From assembly GCA_965215005.1 (NCBI GenBank), contig CBDCCZ010000032.1:1-64000 (forward strand): DNA of 64,000 nt, in the 5' to 3' direction. This stretch comes from Kofleriaceae bacterium. Its GTDB lineage: Bacteria > Myxococcota_A > Polyangia > Haliangiales > Haliangiaceae. Positions 1 to 11,626 of this stretch are shown here, piece after piece. The notes beneath the pieces were generated by a model. That model had not been told where the DNA came from and made no database searches. It saw only the letters and a program-made list of their open reading frames with translations. The position numbers were made by a program, and so were the translations under genes. Every line of letters starts with the position of its first letter. Positions within the stretch are counted from its first letter, which is position 1.

Positions 1-1006
1 TCGCGACCGCGACCAGCGTGGCTCCCGCCGCGAGCCGCAGGCTTCCGCCGAGCGTATGGAGAAGCGCCGGCTCGCCCCAATCCTCCACCCGCCGCAAGGC
101 GTAGCTCGCCATCAGCGCGACGGGCGCGAGGAAGCCGAGCACGAAGGGTAGGAGGCAGGCGAGGAACGCCGCACCTGCTCTCCACCCACGCAACCGCGCG
201 CGCGCGATCGGCCGCGAACGCGATGACGCCAGACCCGCCCGCCGCCAGCGCCGTTCCCCCCAGCCGAGCAGGAGCACCACCGCGAGCAGCGCCAAGGCCA
301 GTTGTCCCGCGCCGGAAAGCGAGCCGCGGTTCAGCCACGTGTCGTAGATCGTCCACGTGATCGTGCGAACGCCCAAGGTCTGCACCGCGCCGATGTCGTT
401 CAGGACCTCCAGCATCGCGAGCGTCACGCCGGCGGCGATGGCGGGGCGCGCGAGCGGCAGGGCGACGGTGCGGAACGCCGTGCCGGGTCCGGCGCCGAGC
501 GTTCGCGCGACCTCCAGCGCTGACGCGCCCGCGAGCGCGAACACGACGCGCACCGTCAGGTAGACGTAGGGGTAGAGCACCAGGGACAGGATCGCGATCG
601 CGCCGGGGAGCGAACGTGGCTCCGGCCCCCAGCCGATGCCGAGCGACCTCAGGAAGACCGGCACCGGGCCGGAATAGTCCAACATTTCCACCCACGTATA
701 GGCCGCGATATAGGTCGGCACGGTGAGCGGCAGCACGAGCAGCGCGGCGAGCACCGAGCGGCCCGGAAACTCCGTCGCAGCGACCAGCCACGCCGTTCCG
801 GTGCCGAGCAGGGCGGTGACGACGCCGACGCCCAGAAGCAGCATGACGGTGTCGCCCAGCGTTCGCGGCAGGACGAAGCGCAAGAGATGTCCCCAATCCG
901 CGCCCGCTCCCGACAGCCCGATCCACGCGATGGCGAGAATCGGCAGGGCGAAGAACGCGACGACGAAGGCGCCCCAGACCGCGGCGCGCCAAGACGGTTG
1001 AGGCAC
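1..1006 (-). CDS. Fe(III) ABC transporter permease (FbpB/SfuB-like), runs off the window start
   Basis: Not in the ORF track; translated by hand from GTG 1006: VPQPSWRAAVWGAFVVAFFALPILAIAW...TAWLVAATEFPGRSVLAALLVLPLTVPTYIAAYTW...LEVARTLGAGPGTAFRTVALPLARPAIAAGVTLAMLEVLNDIGAV...YDTWLNRGSLSGAGQLA. It has multiple TM helices and an EAA-type loop. Confidence 0.85.
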   Translation of the reverse strand, partial: MPQPSWRAAVWGAFVVAFFALPILAIAWIGLSGAGADWGHLLRFVLPRTLGDTVMLLLGVGVVTALLGTGTAWLVAATEFPGRSVLAALLVLPLTVPTYIAAYTWVEMLDYSGPVPVFLRSLGIGWGPEPRSLPGAIAILSLVLYPYVYLTVRVVFALAGASALEVARTLGAGPGTAFRTVALPLARPAIAAGVTLAMLEVLNDIGAVQTLGVRTITWTIYDTWLNRGSLSGAGQLALALLAVVLLLGWGERRWRRAGLASSRSRPIARARLRGWRAGAAFLACLLPFVLGFLAPVALMASYALRRVEDWGEPALLHTLGGSLRLAAGATLVAVA

Positions 1007-1009
1007 GCT

Positions 1010-1150
1010 CTAGTGCGTCAGCACGCGCTGCGGCGGAAAGCGCATCTCCACCAGCGTGCCTTCCTGCGGCGTGGAGGAGATCGCAAAATGCGCGCGGTTG
1101 GCCTCGACCATCGCCTTGGTAAGCGGCAGGCCCAGCCCCGTGCCGCCGCG
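1010..1150 (-). pseudogene. C-terminal 46-aa fragment of a histidine kinase HATPase domain (PdhS/PleC/DivJ-like)
   Basis: The frame shifted from trpB reads [46 protein letters not shown], with a G2 box GTGLGL and TAG at 1012-1010. It has no 5' part. Confidence 0.8.
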
Positions 1151-2109
1151 CTGTCTTTCCAAAACGCGTGCTCAGGACCCACGCCGGGATAGTCGAGGCC
1201 GGCGCTGATCGAGTGCGCCTCGGTGATTTGCCCATCGCTGCCGCACAAGACGTAGGACTTGGAGCCGTGCAGGATGCCGACGCGGCCGTGCCCCAAGGTC
1301 GCGGCGTGGCGCGGGGTGTCGACGCCATCGCCGGCGGCCTCCACGCCGATGAGCGCGACCTCGGAATCGGCGGCAAACGGCGCGAACATGCCGGCGGCGT
1401 TGGAGCCGCCGCCGACACAGGCAACCACCGCGTCGGGCAGACGGCCCTCGCTGGCAAGGAGCTGCGCGCGCGTCTCGTTGCCGATGACCGCCTGAAAGTC
1501 GCGGACCATGGTTGGATACGGGTGTGGCCCGGCGACCGAGCCGATGAGATAATAGGTATCGTCGACGTTGGTGACCCAGTCGCGCAGCGCCTCGTTCATG
1601 GCGTCTTTGAGGGTGCGGGTGCCGGCGTGGACCGGGATGACGTTGGCGCCCAAGAGCTTCATTCGAACCACGTTGAGCGACTGCCGCCGGACGTCTTCGG
1701 CACCCATGTAAACGTCGCAGGGCATGGCGAAGAGCGCGGCGACGGTCGCCGTGGCAACGCCATGCTGGCCGGCACCGGTCTCGGCGATGAGGCGGCGCTT
1801 GCCCATGCGCTTGGCCAGCAGTGCTTGGCCAATGCAGTTATTGATCTTGTGCGCGCCGGTGTGGTTTAGGTCCTCGCGCTTGAGCCACACCCGAGCCCCG
1901 ACCCGGGCCGACAGCCGCGGCGCAAACGAGAGCAGCGAGGGCCGGCCGACATAGTCGCGTAGAAGGCGCGTGAGCTCGGCCTTGAAGACGTCGTCTTGGC
2001 TGGCCGCGAGATAGGCCGCTTCGAGCTCGGCGACCGCCGGCATCAAGGTTTCGGCCATATATTGGCCGCCGAATTTGCCGAAGCGGCCGGCGCGAGAAAC
2101 GCTGCTCAT
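1018..2109 (-). CDS. trpB: Tryptophan synthase beta chain, truncated after about codon 320 (sequence below ~1150 is not TrpB)
   Basis: Contains [23 protein letters not shown] (PLP Lys), [14 protein letters not shown] and [13 protein letters not shown]. The start overlaps the trpF stop (ATGA). The C-terminal PALES and NLSGRGDKD motifs are absent. Confidence 0.93.
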   Translation of the reverse strand: MSSVSRAGRFGKFGGQYMAETLMPAVAELEAAYLAASQDDVFKAELTRLLRDYVGRPSLLSFAPRLSARVGARVWLKREDLNHTGAHKINNCIGQALLAKRMGKRRLIAETGAGQHGVATATVAALFAMPCDVYMGAEDVRRQSLNVVRMKLLGANVIPVHAGTRTLKDAMNEALRDWVTNVDDTYYLIGSVAGPHPYPTMVRDFQAVIGNETRAQLLASEGRLPDAVVACVGGGSNAAGMFAPFAADSEVALIGVEAAGDGVDTPRHAATLGHGRVGILHGSKSYVLCGSDGQITEAHSISAGLDYPGVGPEHAFWKDSAAARGWACRLPRRWSRPTARILRSPPRRRKARWWRCAFRRSAC

Positions 2110-2729
2110 GAGATGCCTTTCGCGGCGCGCACGAACGCGCGCATTCGCTCGGTGTCTTTGATGCCCGGCGCCGACTCCACACCGCTGGCGACATCGACGC
2201 CCCACGGCGCGACCGCCGCGATCGCCGCGGCAACGTTATCGGGCTGTAGCCCCCCCGCGAGCAGCACCCGATGACCAGCGGCAACCGCGCTCTGGGCGAG
2301 CTGCCAGTCGCCGGTGCGCCCCGAGCCGCCGTAGCCGGTGCAGAGTGCGTCGAGAAGGACCATGTCACAGCGATACGCGGCGAGCTTAGGCAACTCGGAC
2401 GCCGCCGTGGGCGCAAACGCTTTGATGACGCGCCCGCCGAGCGCTGCGCAGTGCTCGGGCGGCTCGTCGCCATGGAGCTGGACGTAGTCGAGCAGGACCT
2501 TGGAGCGGACGCTGGCCACCTCTGCTGGGTCGGCGTTGACGAACACGCCGACCACTGCCACCGGACCTGCGGCGCGCGCGGCGGCGGCAAGCTCACGCGC
2601 TCGCTCGAGGTCTACGCAGCGCTTCGAGCCAGGCCAGAAATTGAGCCCCAGCAGATCGGCACCGGCAACCACGGCGGCGCGCGCATCGGCGGGGCGCGTG
2701 AGGCCACAGATCTTAACCCGCACCGTCAC
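2106..2729 (-). CDS. trpF: Phosphoribosylanthranilate isomerase
   Basis: [25 protein letters not shown] and VDVASGVES motifs; operon position. Confidence 0.96.
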   Translation of the reverse strand: MTVRVKICGLTRPADARAAVVAGADLLGLNFWPGSKRCVDLERARELAAAARAAGPVAVVGVFVNADPAEVASVRSKVLLDYVQLHGDEPPEHCAALGGRVIKAFAPTAASELPKLAAYRCDMVLLDALCTGYGGSGRTGDWQLAQSAVAAGHRVLLAGGLQPDNVAAAIAAVAPWGVDVASGVESAPGIKDTERMRAFVRAAKGIS

Positions 2730-3508
2730 CGGAGTAGCTCCGCGAGCGCCGCGCCGGGATCGTCGGCGCGCATCAAGCTCGTACCCACGAGCACCGCATC
2801 GGCGCCGGCCGCGGCCAATCGCGCGAGGTCGGCGGCATCGTGGATACCGCTCTCGCCGACCATGATCGCCTCCGCTGGGAGCAGCGGCCGCAGCCGCTCG
2901 GTGAGCGACATATCGATCGCGAACGTCGCCAGGCTGCGATGGTTGACGCCGATGATGGTGGCGTTTGCTGCCACGGCGCGGGCCGCTTCGACCTCGTCGT
3001 GCACCTCGACGAGCGCATCCAAGCCGTGCTCGGCCGCCGCGGCCAATAGCTCGCGTAGCTGCCCGTCGCTGAGGGCGGCGACGATGAGCAGCACCGCATC
3101 GGCGCCATGCGCGCGCGCCTCGACCACCTGATACGCATCGATCAAGAAGTCCTTGCGCAGAACCGGCAGCGGCATCGCGTCGCGAACGCGGGCGAGAAAC
3201 GCCAGCTCGCCGGCAAAGAAGCGCTCATCGGTAAGCACCGAAATCGCGCTGGCACCCGCGCGATGATAGCTGCGGGCGATCTCGCCGGGCTCGGCACCGG
3301 GCCGAATCTGCCCCGCAGATGGCGAGGCGCGCTTGATTTCGGCGATCACGCGGGGCGGTGCGTCGGGCGGTCGTCGCAAGGCCGTTGCCAAGCTCCGCGT
3401 CGGCGGCTGGGCGCGCGCCCGTCGCAGCAGCTCGGCGCGCGGAACGGCGGCCTTGGCGGCAGCGACCTCGGTTTGCTTGTGGGCCAGAATTTCAGCCAGG
3501 ATGCTCAC
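2726..3508 (-). CDS. trpC: Indole-3-glycerol phosphate synthase
   Basis: IAEIKRASPS, ISVLTD, LRKDF, GVNHR and ESGI motifs. Confidence 0.96.
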   Translation of the reverse strand: MSILAEILAHKQTEVAAAKAAVPRAELLRRARAQPPTRSLATALRRPPDAPPRVIAEIKRASPSAGQIRPGAEPGEIARSYHRAGASAISVLTDERFFAGELAFLARVRDAMPLPVLRKDFLIDAYQVVEARAHGADAVLLIVAALSDGQLRELLAAAAEHGLDALVEVHDEVEAARAVAANATIIGVNHRSLATFAIDMSLTERLRPLLPAEAIMVGESGIHDAADLARLAAAGADAVLVGTSLMRADDPGAALAELLR

Positions 3509-4533
3509 GCCGCGCCTCCGCTGAGGGAAACCCAGCGCGCCAAGGTGGTGCTGGCAGCGCCGCTGTCAATGGCCGCTGCGCCGCGCTCGACGCCGTCGCG
3601 AAAGTCGCTCGCAATGCCAGCGGCGGTGAGAGCCACGGCGGTCTCCATGAGCACGGCCGCGCGCACCGCTCCGCCGTCGCCGGATAGCACCGCTCGGGCA
3701 ACGTTGGCGTTGAAGGCCGCGTCGCCACCGGCGAGGCCGGCGGGATCGTGGTCGGCTAAGCCGAAGTCGGCCGGCGTGGTCTCGAGCGTCGTCACCGCCC
3801 CTCGAGTCTCCTCCCAAAGCGCCATGCGGGTTGGCCCGCGGGTGGCAATCTCATCGATGCCGCCGTGGCCATGGATGACATAGGCGCACCGCGAGCCGAG
3901 CTGCCCCAGGGCGGCGGCAACCGGCTCACACCACACTTCCGCGAAGACCCCGACGATTTGGTTGCGGACGCCCGCGGGGTTGGTGAGCGGACCGAGCAAG
4001 TTGAAGATGGTGCGCGTTCCGAGCTCTTTGCGCGCAGCCGCGGCGTGACGGGTGGCGGCGTGGAACGCCGGCGCGAATAGAAACGCGATGCCGAGCTCGG
4101 CCAAGCAGCGTTCGGCCACCGCCACCGGCGCCTCGATGGTGACGCCCAAGGCGGCTAACACGTCGGCCGAGCCCGACTTGGAGGACTGGGCGCGGTTGCC
4201 GTGCTTGGCGACCCGCGCACCGGCCGCGGCAGCAACGATGGCCGCGATGGTCGAGATGTTGACGTGGCCCGAGCCATCGCCGCCGGTGCCGCAGGTGTCG
4301 ACCGCGGTATCGACCTCGGGACAGGCGCAGCGCAGCGCCCGGGCCCGCATCGCCTGCGCGGCGCCGGCGATTTCTTCGGCAGTTTCGCCCTTGCAGCGCA
4401 GCGCCATGAGCAGCCCGCCGATCTGCGCCGGGCTCGCCTGCCCTTCCATGATGACGCCGAACACCGCCGCGATGTCCTGCTGGCGCAAATCGCGTCCGAG
4501 CGCGAGCTCGGCCAGCGCTTGTTGAATGGTCAT
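3505..4533 (-). CDS. trpD: Anthranilate phosphoribosyltransferase
   Basis: [19 protein letters not shown] and [13 protein letters not shown] motifs. Confidence 0.96.
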   Translation of the reverse strand: MTIQQALAELALGRDLRQQDIAAVFGVIMEGQASPAQIGGLLMALRCKGETAEEIAGAAQAMRARALRCACPEVDTAVDTCGTGGDGSGHVNISTIAAIVAAAAGARVAKHGNRAQSSKSGSADVLAALGVTIEAPVAVAERCLAELGIAFLFAPAFHAATRHAAAARKELGTRTIFNLLGPLTNPAGVRNQIVGVFAEVWCEPVAAALGQLGSRCAYVIHGHGGIDEIATRGPTRMALWEETRGAVTTLETTPADFGLADHDPAGLAGGDAAFNANVARAVLSGDGGAVRAAVLMETAVALTAAGIASDFRDGVERGAAAIDSGAASTTLARWVSLSGGAA

Positions 4534-5120
4534 CGCGCCCCCGGGGCCGCCAAGAAGTTCTTCAGCATCGCTTTGCCGGCCTTGGTCATGATGGATTCGG
4601 GATGGAACTGAAGGCCTTCGAGCGGCGCTGCGGTGCTTGCGTAGCCGCGATGGCGAACGCCCATAATCTCCTCGTCCCAGGTCTTGGCGGTGACCTCGAG
4701 CTCGGCGGGAAGCGTGGCAGGATCGATGACCAGCGAGTGATACCGCGTGGCGGCGAAGGGATTCTCGAGGCCAGAAAACAAGCCTCGTTCATCATGAAAG
4801 ACGGTGGAGATCTTGCCGTGCATGACGGTCTTTGCGCGCACGATGCGCGCCCCGAACGCCTGGCCGATGGACTGATGACCCAGGCAGACCCCGAGCAGCG
4901 GAACGCGGCCGGCAAAGCGCTCGACCACAGCCAGCGAAATTCCGGCCTCATCGGGGGTGCAGGGGCCGGGCGAGATGACGATGTGTGCCGGCGCCATGGC
5001 CGCGATGGCCTCGACGGTGATGGCGTCGTTGCGCTCGACGCGAACCTCTTGCCCGAGCTCACCGAGGTACTGCGCCAGGTTGTAGGTGAACGAGTCGTAG
5101 TTATCGATGAGCAGAAGCAT
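4530..5120 (-). CDS. trpG: Anthranilate synthase component II (glutamine amidotransferase)
   Basis: [26 protein letters not shown] and QFHPES motifs. Confidence 0.95.
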   Translation of the reverse strand: MLLLIDNYDSFTYNLAQYLGELGQEVRVERNDAITVEAIAAMAPAHIVISPGPCTPDEAGISLAVVERFAGRVPLLGVCLGHQSIGQAFGARIVRAKTVMHGKISTVFHDERGLFSGLENPFAATRYHSLVIDPATLPAELEVTAKTWDEEIMGVRHRGYASTAAPLEGLQFHPESIMTKAGKAMLKNFLAAPGAR

Positions 5121-5122
5121 GG

Positions 5123-6667
5123 TTACTGCCGCTCGCGGGTCGAGCGCCGCGCGAGCTCCACGGCGCGCAGCACCGCACGCGCCTTGTTGAGGGTTTCTTC
5201 GTACTCGGCCTCGGCGTCTGAGTCGGCAACGATGCCGGCGCCGGCTTGCACGTAGATGGCATCGTCGGTGGTGATAAGGGTGCGGATGGCGATGGCAGTG
5301 TCCATGGTGCCGCCGTAGGAGACGTAGCCCACGGCACCGCCGTAGATACCGCGGCGATAGGGCTCGAGCTCCTCCAGAATTTCCATCGCGCGAATCTTGG
5401 GCGCGCCGCTGAGCGTGCCCGCGGGAAATGCGGCGCGCAACACATCGTGCCAGTCGATCCCGGCACGGGCGTGGCCAACGACGTGCGAGACCACGTGCAT
5501 GACGTGCGAGTAGCGCTCGATGGCCATCAGCTCGGAGACCTCGACGGTGCCGATCTCGGCGACGCGACCGACGTCATTGCGCCCGAGATCGATGAGCATG
5601 AGGTGCTCGGCGAGCTCCTTGGGATCCGCGAGCAGCTCCGCGGCAAGCTGCTCATCTTGCTCATCGGTGACGCCGCGAGGACGGGTACCGGCAATCGGTC
5701 GCACGTGCACCCGGCCCTGATCGAGTCGCACCAGCGTTTCGGGCGAGGCGCCGGTGACCCGCGCCTCGGGAAACTGCAAGTGGAACATGTACGGCGACGG
5801 ATTGACGACGCGCAGCGCGCGGTAGACATCAAACGGGTCGAGACCGTCGCGGGGCACGTCGAAACGCTGCGACAGCACCGCCTGAAAGATGTCACCGGCC
5901 AAGATGTATTCTTTGATGCGATCGACCGCGGCGAGGAAATCGCGCTTGGCGAAGCTCGAGCGTGGCTCGGAGCCGCCGCCCCAGCGCGCGGTCTCTGGCG
6001 CGGCGGGGGCCGGCGAGGCTAGCGGCGGTAGGGGCGCAACCTCGGCGGAGCGCAACCGCTCGACGATCGCCTCGATGCGGGCAATGGCGCCGTCGTAGGC
6101 GGCACCGGCGGCAGCAGGGTCGCGTACGTAGGGCGTGGCGACGACCTTCACCGTTTGCCGCAAATTGTCGAAAATCACCAGCGTGTCGGTGAGCACCATG
6201 CACAGCTCTGGGAGCGCCAGGCTGGGCTTTTCACGGTCGGGCAGGGTCTCGAACGCGCGCACGACGTCGTAGCCGATCCACCCGACGGCACCGCCCCAAA
6301 ATCGCGGTAGCCCGGGGGTCGGCACCGGCCGAAGCTCGCGCATGACCTCCGCCAGAGCCGCAGTCGGATCGGCCGCAGCCCAGCGGCGCTCGCCGCCGTG
6401 ACCACTGCCGTCGGGATCATGCCAGACGACCTCGGCGCGCCCGCCACCGGCACGGACCACCGCGCGCGGTGCCACTCCCAAAAACGAGTACGCCGCCCAG
6501 TTGGCGCCGCCGACGACCGACTCGAGAAGGAAGCTGTAGTCGGAAACGCCGAGCTTGGCGAAGGCAGACACCGGAGTATCGCCATCGGCGACCAGCTCCC
6601 GATACACCGGGATGAGATTGCCACGCTGGGTCGCCGCCGCAAAGTCGTGCCGCGAAGGGAAGTACAT
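5123..6667 (-). CDS. trpE: Anthranilate synthase component I
   Basis: [38 protein letters not shown] and [11 protein letters not shown] motifs; start trimmed to MYFPSR (ATG 6667). Confidence 0.95.
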   Translation of the reverse strand: MYFPSRHDFAAATQRGNLIPVYRELVADGDTPVSAFAKLGVSDYSFLLESVVGGANWAAYSFLGVAPRAVVRAGGGRAEVVWHDPDGSGHGGERRWAAADPTAALAEVMRELRPVPTPGLPRFWGGAVGWIGYDVVRAFETLPDREKPSLALPELCMVLTDTLVIFDNLRQTVKVVATPYVRDPAAAGAAYDGAIARIEAIVERLRSAEVAPLPPLASPAPAAPETARWGGGSEPRSSFAKRDFLAAVDRIKEYILAGDIFQAVLSQRFDVPRDGLDPFDVYRALRVVNPSPYMFHLQFPEARVTGASPETLVRLDQGRVHVRPIAGTRPRGVTDEQDEQLAAELLADPKELAEHLMLIDLGRNDVGRVAEIGTVEVSELMAIERYSHVMHVVSHVVGHARAGIDWHDVLRAAFPAGTLSGAPKIRAMEILEELEPYRRGIYGGAVGYVSYGGTMDTAIAIRTLITTDDAIYVQAGAGIVADSDAEAEYEETLNKARAVLRAVELARRSTRERQ

Positions 6668-6998
6668 GGGGTTTACGGAGAATCGCACGCTCCACCCAGA
6701 GCCGTCGAGCCTCTGTGCTGCAGGCCGTCGGCGGCAGGCCCGCGCCGGCGCTACCGGGTAGTGACACAACCGGCGACGGATAAAATCATCGCGGCTACCC
6801 TGCCATCGATGATTTAGCTGTAAACGATGTTCCGCCTCTCGGGGCATCGTCGTTGCCGCCAGCTGTGCTCGTAGCCGCGCCTTCCCGAGCCGTCTGCCAG
6901 TCGCTGCTCTCAGGCCGTGCTTTGCGCGGCTCTTCGACGTGTAAGTGGGGAACATCCTTTGCTATAGCCGGCGAAGAATGCTACCTAAGGCGGGCTCG

Positions 6999-7703
6999 AT
7001 GCGGCTCTCGATCCTCATCCCCGCCTATCAAGAACAATCCACGATCGGCGAGGTCATCCGCCGCGTGCGACAGATCGAGGTCGAGCCGCTTGGCTTCGAC
7101 AAAGAGATCATCGTCTGCGACGACGGTTCGCGCGACGATACCAGCCGTATCGTCGCGCAGGCCAGCGGCGATGACCCCCGGATCAAGCTGGTTCGTCATG
7201 AGCAAAATCGCGGCAAGGGCGCGGCGATTCGCACCGCGCTGGCGGTTGCCACCGGCGATTTCGTGATCATTCAGGACGCGGATCTGGAATACGAAGTTAC
7301 CGACTACCCCGCCCTACTCGAGCCGCTCAAGCACGGCGCCGACGTCGTCTATGGCTCGCGGTTTCTCAAGCAAGCACGGCCCGAAGGCATGGCAGCGGCC
7401 AATTTTCTGGCCAACCGAATCCTCACTATGACCGCCAATGCGCTGTATGGACTGGCGATTACCGACGAAGCGACCTGCTTCAAGATCGTGCGCACTGAGC
7501 TGTTGCGCGCCCTCGAGCTGCGTTGTCAGGGCTTCGAGTTTTGCCCCGAGGTGACGGCGAAGCTCGGGCGCCGCGGCGTCACCATCATCGAGGTGCCGGT
7601 TGGCTATAAGGCGCGTACGTTTGCCGATGGCAAGAAGGTCCGCTGGACCGATGGCTTCGAGCATATGTGGGTGTTGATCAAGCATCGCTTGTGGCGTGGG
7701 TAG
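6999..7703 (+). CDS. Family 2 glycosyltransferase (polyprenol-phosphate sugar synthase-like)
   Basis: [30 protein letters not shown] and VYGSRF motifs. Confidence 0.9.
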   Translation: MRLSILIPAYQEQSTIGEVIRRVRQIEVEPLGFDKEIIVCDDGSRDDTSRIVAQASGDDPRIKLVRHEQNRGKGAAIRTALAVATGDFVIIQDADLEYEVTDYPALLEPLKHGADVVYGSRFLKQARPEGMAAANFLANRILTMTANALYGLAITDEATCFKIVRTELLRALELRCQGFEFCPEVTAKLGRRGVTIIEVPVGYKARTFADGKKVRWTDGFEHMWVLIKHRLWRG

Positions 7704-10458
7704 CGCAGTGGCAGCCAAAGACGCACCCATCAGCTTGGGCGCGCGCCTGTGCGGCGACGTTGGGCGCAGTACAGTCGTCGCCGCGGCCGGGGCCGCCGGT
7801 TTTGCGGTCGTGGAGCTCCTCGCGACCGTCATTGCCTACTCAGGGAGCATTCGCATCGCCGCCTTCGTGCGTCTGGCGCTGCTCGTCGCCGCGTTGAGCG
7901 CGGTGTTGTGGCTCGTTCTCACTGGCGCGTTGTCAGCTGTCGCTGTCACCGTCCGCCTTTGCAAGCGCAACGGGGAGGCACGCGGGCTTTGGGCGCCGGC
8001 GGCGGCAGACCGGCCGGGGCGGCTGGCAGCGTGGCTGTGGGCCTTGGCGACGGTGGCGGCCGGGTATCTCGCCGCCTCCACCGTGCTCACCCTCGTGCTC
8101 CTGCGCCGATTCAAAGAACCGCAGCTCCTCGCGCTCCTCGGCTCGAGCCTTCAGCTGGCGCTCATCGCCCTGCTCGCGCTCGTGGCGCTGCTGCTGGCGC
8201 GTGGGCTCGCGCGGCTCGGCGGGGCGCTCGAGCCGCGCCTTGGCAAATACAACTTCTTGACGCGTCCGGCGCCCGCGCTTGCGCTGCTCGCGCTCGTGGC
8301 GATCGGCGCCGTGCGCGCGCTGCTGGTCCTCTTGCCGCAAGCGCAGCCGCTGATGCCGTGGCGACACCTCTTGGCCACCGCAGCCATCGTGGCCGGCTGC
8401 TATCTCGGGCGACTGCTTCTGGCGAGGCGGCGCTTGACCGCGCCACGTCGGCGCACCAGCGCCGCAGGGGTTGCTGCTGCACTGCTCGTCACGCTGCTGA
8501 TTCTGGGCGTCATTGGCGCCAACGCCGAGGCCAAATATCTGGCCGTTACCGCGTCTCCCCCGCTGTCCTCGCTCGTCGATGCGGTTCGTCGCGCCCACGA
8601 CTTCGACGGCGATGGCTACGGCTCGCTGCTCGGCGAGAACGACTGCGGACCGTTCGACGCGTCCATCCATCCCGGCGCCCGCGATCTGCCCGACAACCGC
8701 ATCGATGAGAACTGCGACGGCCGCGACTTCTCATTTCGCAGCTCTCCCAGCTATCGCACCGGCGCCCGTATGGCGGTTCCGGACGCCTTCATGCGCGATT
8801 GGAACATCTTGCTCATCACCGTGGACACGGTTCGCTACGACCACACCAGCTTTGGCGGATACCTCGAGACCACCGGGCGCGACACCACGCCCAAACTAGC
8901 GGAGTGGGCCGCCGAGTCCACGCAGTTCACCTTCGCGCAAGCGCCCTCGGCCGGCACCATGGCCTCCATCCCCGCGATTCTCACCTCTAAATTCTTCCAC
9001 TCCGGCATCGCGCTCGACAACGACGTGAAGCGCGGCGCCCCACCGCGGCTCAAGCCGCAAAACGTGCTCATTTCCGAGCTGCTCAAGCAACACGGCTATC
9101 AAACCGGCGCCATCCTCACCCACGAGTACTTCAACGACTGGGGCATGGAACAGGGCTTTGACACCTACGACAACGCCATTGGTGCCAAGCGCGATCCGTT
9201 TCGCGTCACCTCGCACGAGGTCACCGATCGCGCCCTCGCGTGGATTTCCCAGCGCAGCGACCGCAAGTGGTTTCTCTGGACTCACTACATCGATCCGCAT
9301 GGCCGCTATGTCGCGCATCCCGGTGGCAAGAGCTTTGGCGACACCGAAGAAGACCTCTACGACGGCGAGCTTCACTACACCGACGAGCACCTGGGTCGCT
9401 TGCTCGCCAACTTAAAGCGCTTGCCCGGCGCCGACCGCACCATCGTCATCCTCACCAGTGATCATGGCGATGGCTTTGGCGAGCACGGCTTCATCAACCA
9501 CGGCCAAGCGCTGTATCGCGAGCTGCTCGCCATACCGCTGATCATTCACATCCCCGATCTGCCCCCGCGGCAGGTCGCCGGCCCGGTGTCCCCGCTCGAT
9601 ATCGTTCCCACCGTCACCGACCTCGCCGGTATCGATACCGACGGCCTTTCTTTTGAAGGCGAGAGTTTGGTTCCGCAGCTCTTCTATGGTCGCGATGCCA
9701 CCGATCGGGTGGTGTTTGCAGAGACCAACTGGCCGCGCCCACTGCGCGCCGCGATCACGTCGACGCACAAGCTGATTTATCACCTGCAGAACAACGTCTA
9801 CGAGCTCTACGACCTGCGGGCAGACCCATGGGAGAAACAGAACTTGGCGCATCGCGATTCCGCGGCACTCGAGCAGATGAAGGGCTACCTCGACGACTGG
9901 CTCGAACGCGTGTACTACTCGCGCGACCTCGAGACCAATCAAGCAGCGCAAACGCTATCCGAGACCCTCCTGGCCGCGCGCCCTCAGCCGACGCACCCGA
10001 TAGCGCAAGGCTCCTTCGACGACGGTGCCATCGAGGTCGCCGGCTTCGACGTCGAGCCAGCGGCGGATGCATCAACAGAATCGCTGGAGATTGCGGTGTA
10101 CTTCGCGGTCACCAAACGACCCAGCGGGCGCCACCGGCTGCAGCTCGAGTGTTGGCCCGCCGACGATGAGTCGGTCGCGCCGAGCCGCAGCCCGTTGCGA
10201 TTCACCGCCGATGGCGTGTTCGCCACCGATCGCTGGCGGGTCGGTGAGTTCATCCGCGACAGCTTTCGCTGTCCGATCCCGACAGCTTGGCCACGCGCGC
10301 CGGTAAAGGTGGGCCTGCGCATGACGCGTGAGAACGGCACGCCGCTCGCGCCGCGTGGTGCCACCCGCAACGCCTCCAGCGAGACATTGCTCCTAGGCAC
10401 CGTCTCGCTTCCCGATGAACCGGCGCCTGCAAACATTCCCTCGCCCCCGACGCAGTAA
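7696..10458 (+). CDS. Multi-TM membrane protein with alkaline-phosphatase-superfamily (sulfatase/LTA-synthase-like) domain
   Basis: About 7 N-terminal TM helices, a DGDGYG..DC..IHPGA..DENCDG metal-binding repeat, [28 protein letters not shown] and a C-terminal beta-rich domain. Confidence 0.82.
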   Translation: MGSAVAAKDAPISLGARLCGDVGRSTVVAAAGAAGFAVVELLATVIAYSGSIRIAAFVRLALLVAALSAVLWLVLTGALSAVAVTVRLCKRNGEARGLWAPAAADRPGRLAAWLWALATVAAGYLAASTVLTLVLLRRFKEPQLLALLGSSLQLALIALLALVALLLARGLARLGGALEPRLGKYNFLTRPAPALALLALVAIGAVRALLVLLPQAQPLMPWRHLLATAAIVAGCYLGRLLLARRRLTAPRRRTSAAGVAAALLVTLLILGVIGANAEAKYLAVTASPPLSSLVDAVRRAHDFDGDGYGSLLGENDCGPFDASIHPGARDLPDNRIDENCDGRDFSFRSSPSYRTGARMAVPDAFMRDWNILLITVDTVRYDHTSFGGYLETTGRDTTPKLAEWAAESTQFTFAQAPSAGTMASIPAILTSKFFHSGIALDNDVKRGAPPRLKPQNVLISELLKQHGYQTGAILTHEYFNDWGMEQGFDTYDNAIGAKRDPFRVTSHEVTDRALAWISQRSDRKWFLWTHYIDPHGRYVAHPGGKSFGDTEEDLYDGELHYTDEHLGRLLANLKRLPGADRTIVILTSDHGDGFGEHGFINHGQALYRELLAIPLIIHIPDLPPRQVAGPVSPLDIVPTVTDLAGIDTDGLSFEGESLVPQLFYGRDATDRVVFAETNWPRPLRAAITSTHKLIYHLQNNVYELYDLRADPWEKQNLAHRDSAALEQMKGYLDDWLERVYYSRDLETNQAAQTLSETLLAARPQPTHPIAQGSFDDGAIEVAGFDVEPAADASTESLEIAVYFAVTKRPSGRHRLQLECWPADDESVAPSRSPLRFTADGVFATDRWRVGEFIRDSFRCPIPTAWPRAPVKVGLRMTRENGTPLAPRGATRNASSETLLLGTVSLPDEPAPANIPSPPTQ

Positions 10459-10485
10459 CGGCTTCCACCGCGATATCGTCGCTCG

Positions 10486-11568
10486 GTGCGCTCCATCGCC
10501 CTTCCGCTTCCGCGCCGCTTCCACTATCGCGCCGCCGTCTGCCGCCAGCTGCTAACGGTGCTGGGTTTGCTATCGCTGGCCTCGCCCGCGTGGGCACAGT
10601 TGCGCTCGCCCACCACCACCGCTCAGGCAGAGCCGCTGCTCGAGCTGCGCACCGAGGAGGGCCATCTATCGCTGCGACTCGGCATGTACCTCTCGACGCT
10701 CCTCGAGGTGCAGCCCGATCCACCGGTGGATGGCCGCAATGGCTTCTCGATCACCAACGCGCGCGTGGCGTTCTTCGGCGACTTGGTCGAGCACTTCGAC
10801 TACATGCTGCAGCTCGAGCTCGTGCGCGCCGACAGCCCGCTGCTCGACCTCGCCCTCGGCTATCGCCCGATTCCCGAGGTTCAGCTCGACATTGGCCTAT
10901 TCAAAGTTCCGTTCTCCGCCGAGTTTCTGCTCGCCGCCGCCAACACCGATTTCATCAATCGCGCGCCCATCGTGGTGGCGTTGGTGCCGGGGCGGCAAGT
11001 GGGGGCGCAGCTCTCTGGGCAACTCCGCGGCGGCCAGCTGTTCTACGCCGCGGGCGTCTTCAATGGCACCACGGCGCTGGCCAATGACGACAACGACATG
11101 CTCTTCGCTGCTCGGCTCGGCAGCAATCTGGAGCTCGGCGACGGCCAGCTCACCTTCGCCGCCAATGCCGCCGGCGGCGCCGAAGACGCGGCCACCGTCG
11201 CGCTGTTGCCGGAGCCGTTTTCAGGAACGCGACTCCTCGTTGGCGGCGACGCACGCTTCTCGCTCACCCCTGCGTTCGTCGCTGCCGAAGTGCTGTGGGG
11301 TCGCTTCGATCCTGACGTTGGCGCAACCGAGGATGTCCTCGGTTGGTATGTCACCGGCGGCTACGCCATTCATCCGCTGGTTGTCGCCTTACTGCGCTGG
11401 GACCACTACGATCCGGGCGCCCTCGGCGACGACGGCGACAAGCTCATCGTATCCGCCGCCAGCGGTGCTCCCGGCGCCGCACCAATGAACGTGCAGCTCG
11501 ACTACGTCATTCCGCTGCAAGAGCCAAGCGAGCAGCGAGTGCTCCTCAACATCTACGCGGTCTATTGA
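10486..11568 (+). CDS. Outer-membrane porin (OprO/P phosphate-selective porin-like)
   Basis: Signal peptide (SPAWA), FSITNARV, GLFKVPFSAE and GVFNG, with a terminal aromatic residue (AVY). Start uncertain. Confidence 0.7.
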   Translation: MRSIALPLPRRFHYRAAVCRQLLTVLGLLSLASPAWAQLRSPTTTAQAEPLLELRTEEGHLSLRLGMYLSTLLEVQPDPPVDGRNGFSITNARVAFFGDLVEHFDYMLQLELVRADSPLLDLALGYRPIPEVQLDIGLFKVPFSAEFLLAAANTDFINRAPIVVALVPGRQVGAQLSGQLRGGQLFYAAGVFNGTTALANDDNDMLFAARLGSNLELGDGQLTFAANAAGGAEDAATVALLPEPFSGTRLLVGGDARFSLTPAFVAAEVLWGRFDPDVGATEDVLGWYVTGGYAIHPLVVALLRWDHYDPGALGDDGDKLIVSAASGAPGAAPMNVQLDYVIPLQEPSEQRVLLNIYAVY

Positions 11569-11626
11569 AGTTGGCCGCCTCTACAGGGAAGGTGGCGACC
11601 GCGGCGGGCGTAGTAGGATCGGCCCC

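Noticed and set aside
1018..1150. Novel C-terminal extension or programmed frameshift of TrpB
   Set aside because: The in-frame tail is Arg-rich nonsense, essential TrpB motifs are missing in every frame, and the alternative frame is a kinase fragment. A junction explains it better.
6668..6955. trp attenuator leader peptide, or a 96-aa N-terminal extension of TrpE
   Set aside because: There are no tandem Trp codons or U-tailed terminator on the minus strand. The extension is low-quality sequence, and TrpE similarity begins near MYFPSR.
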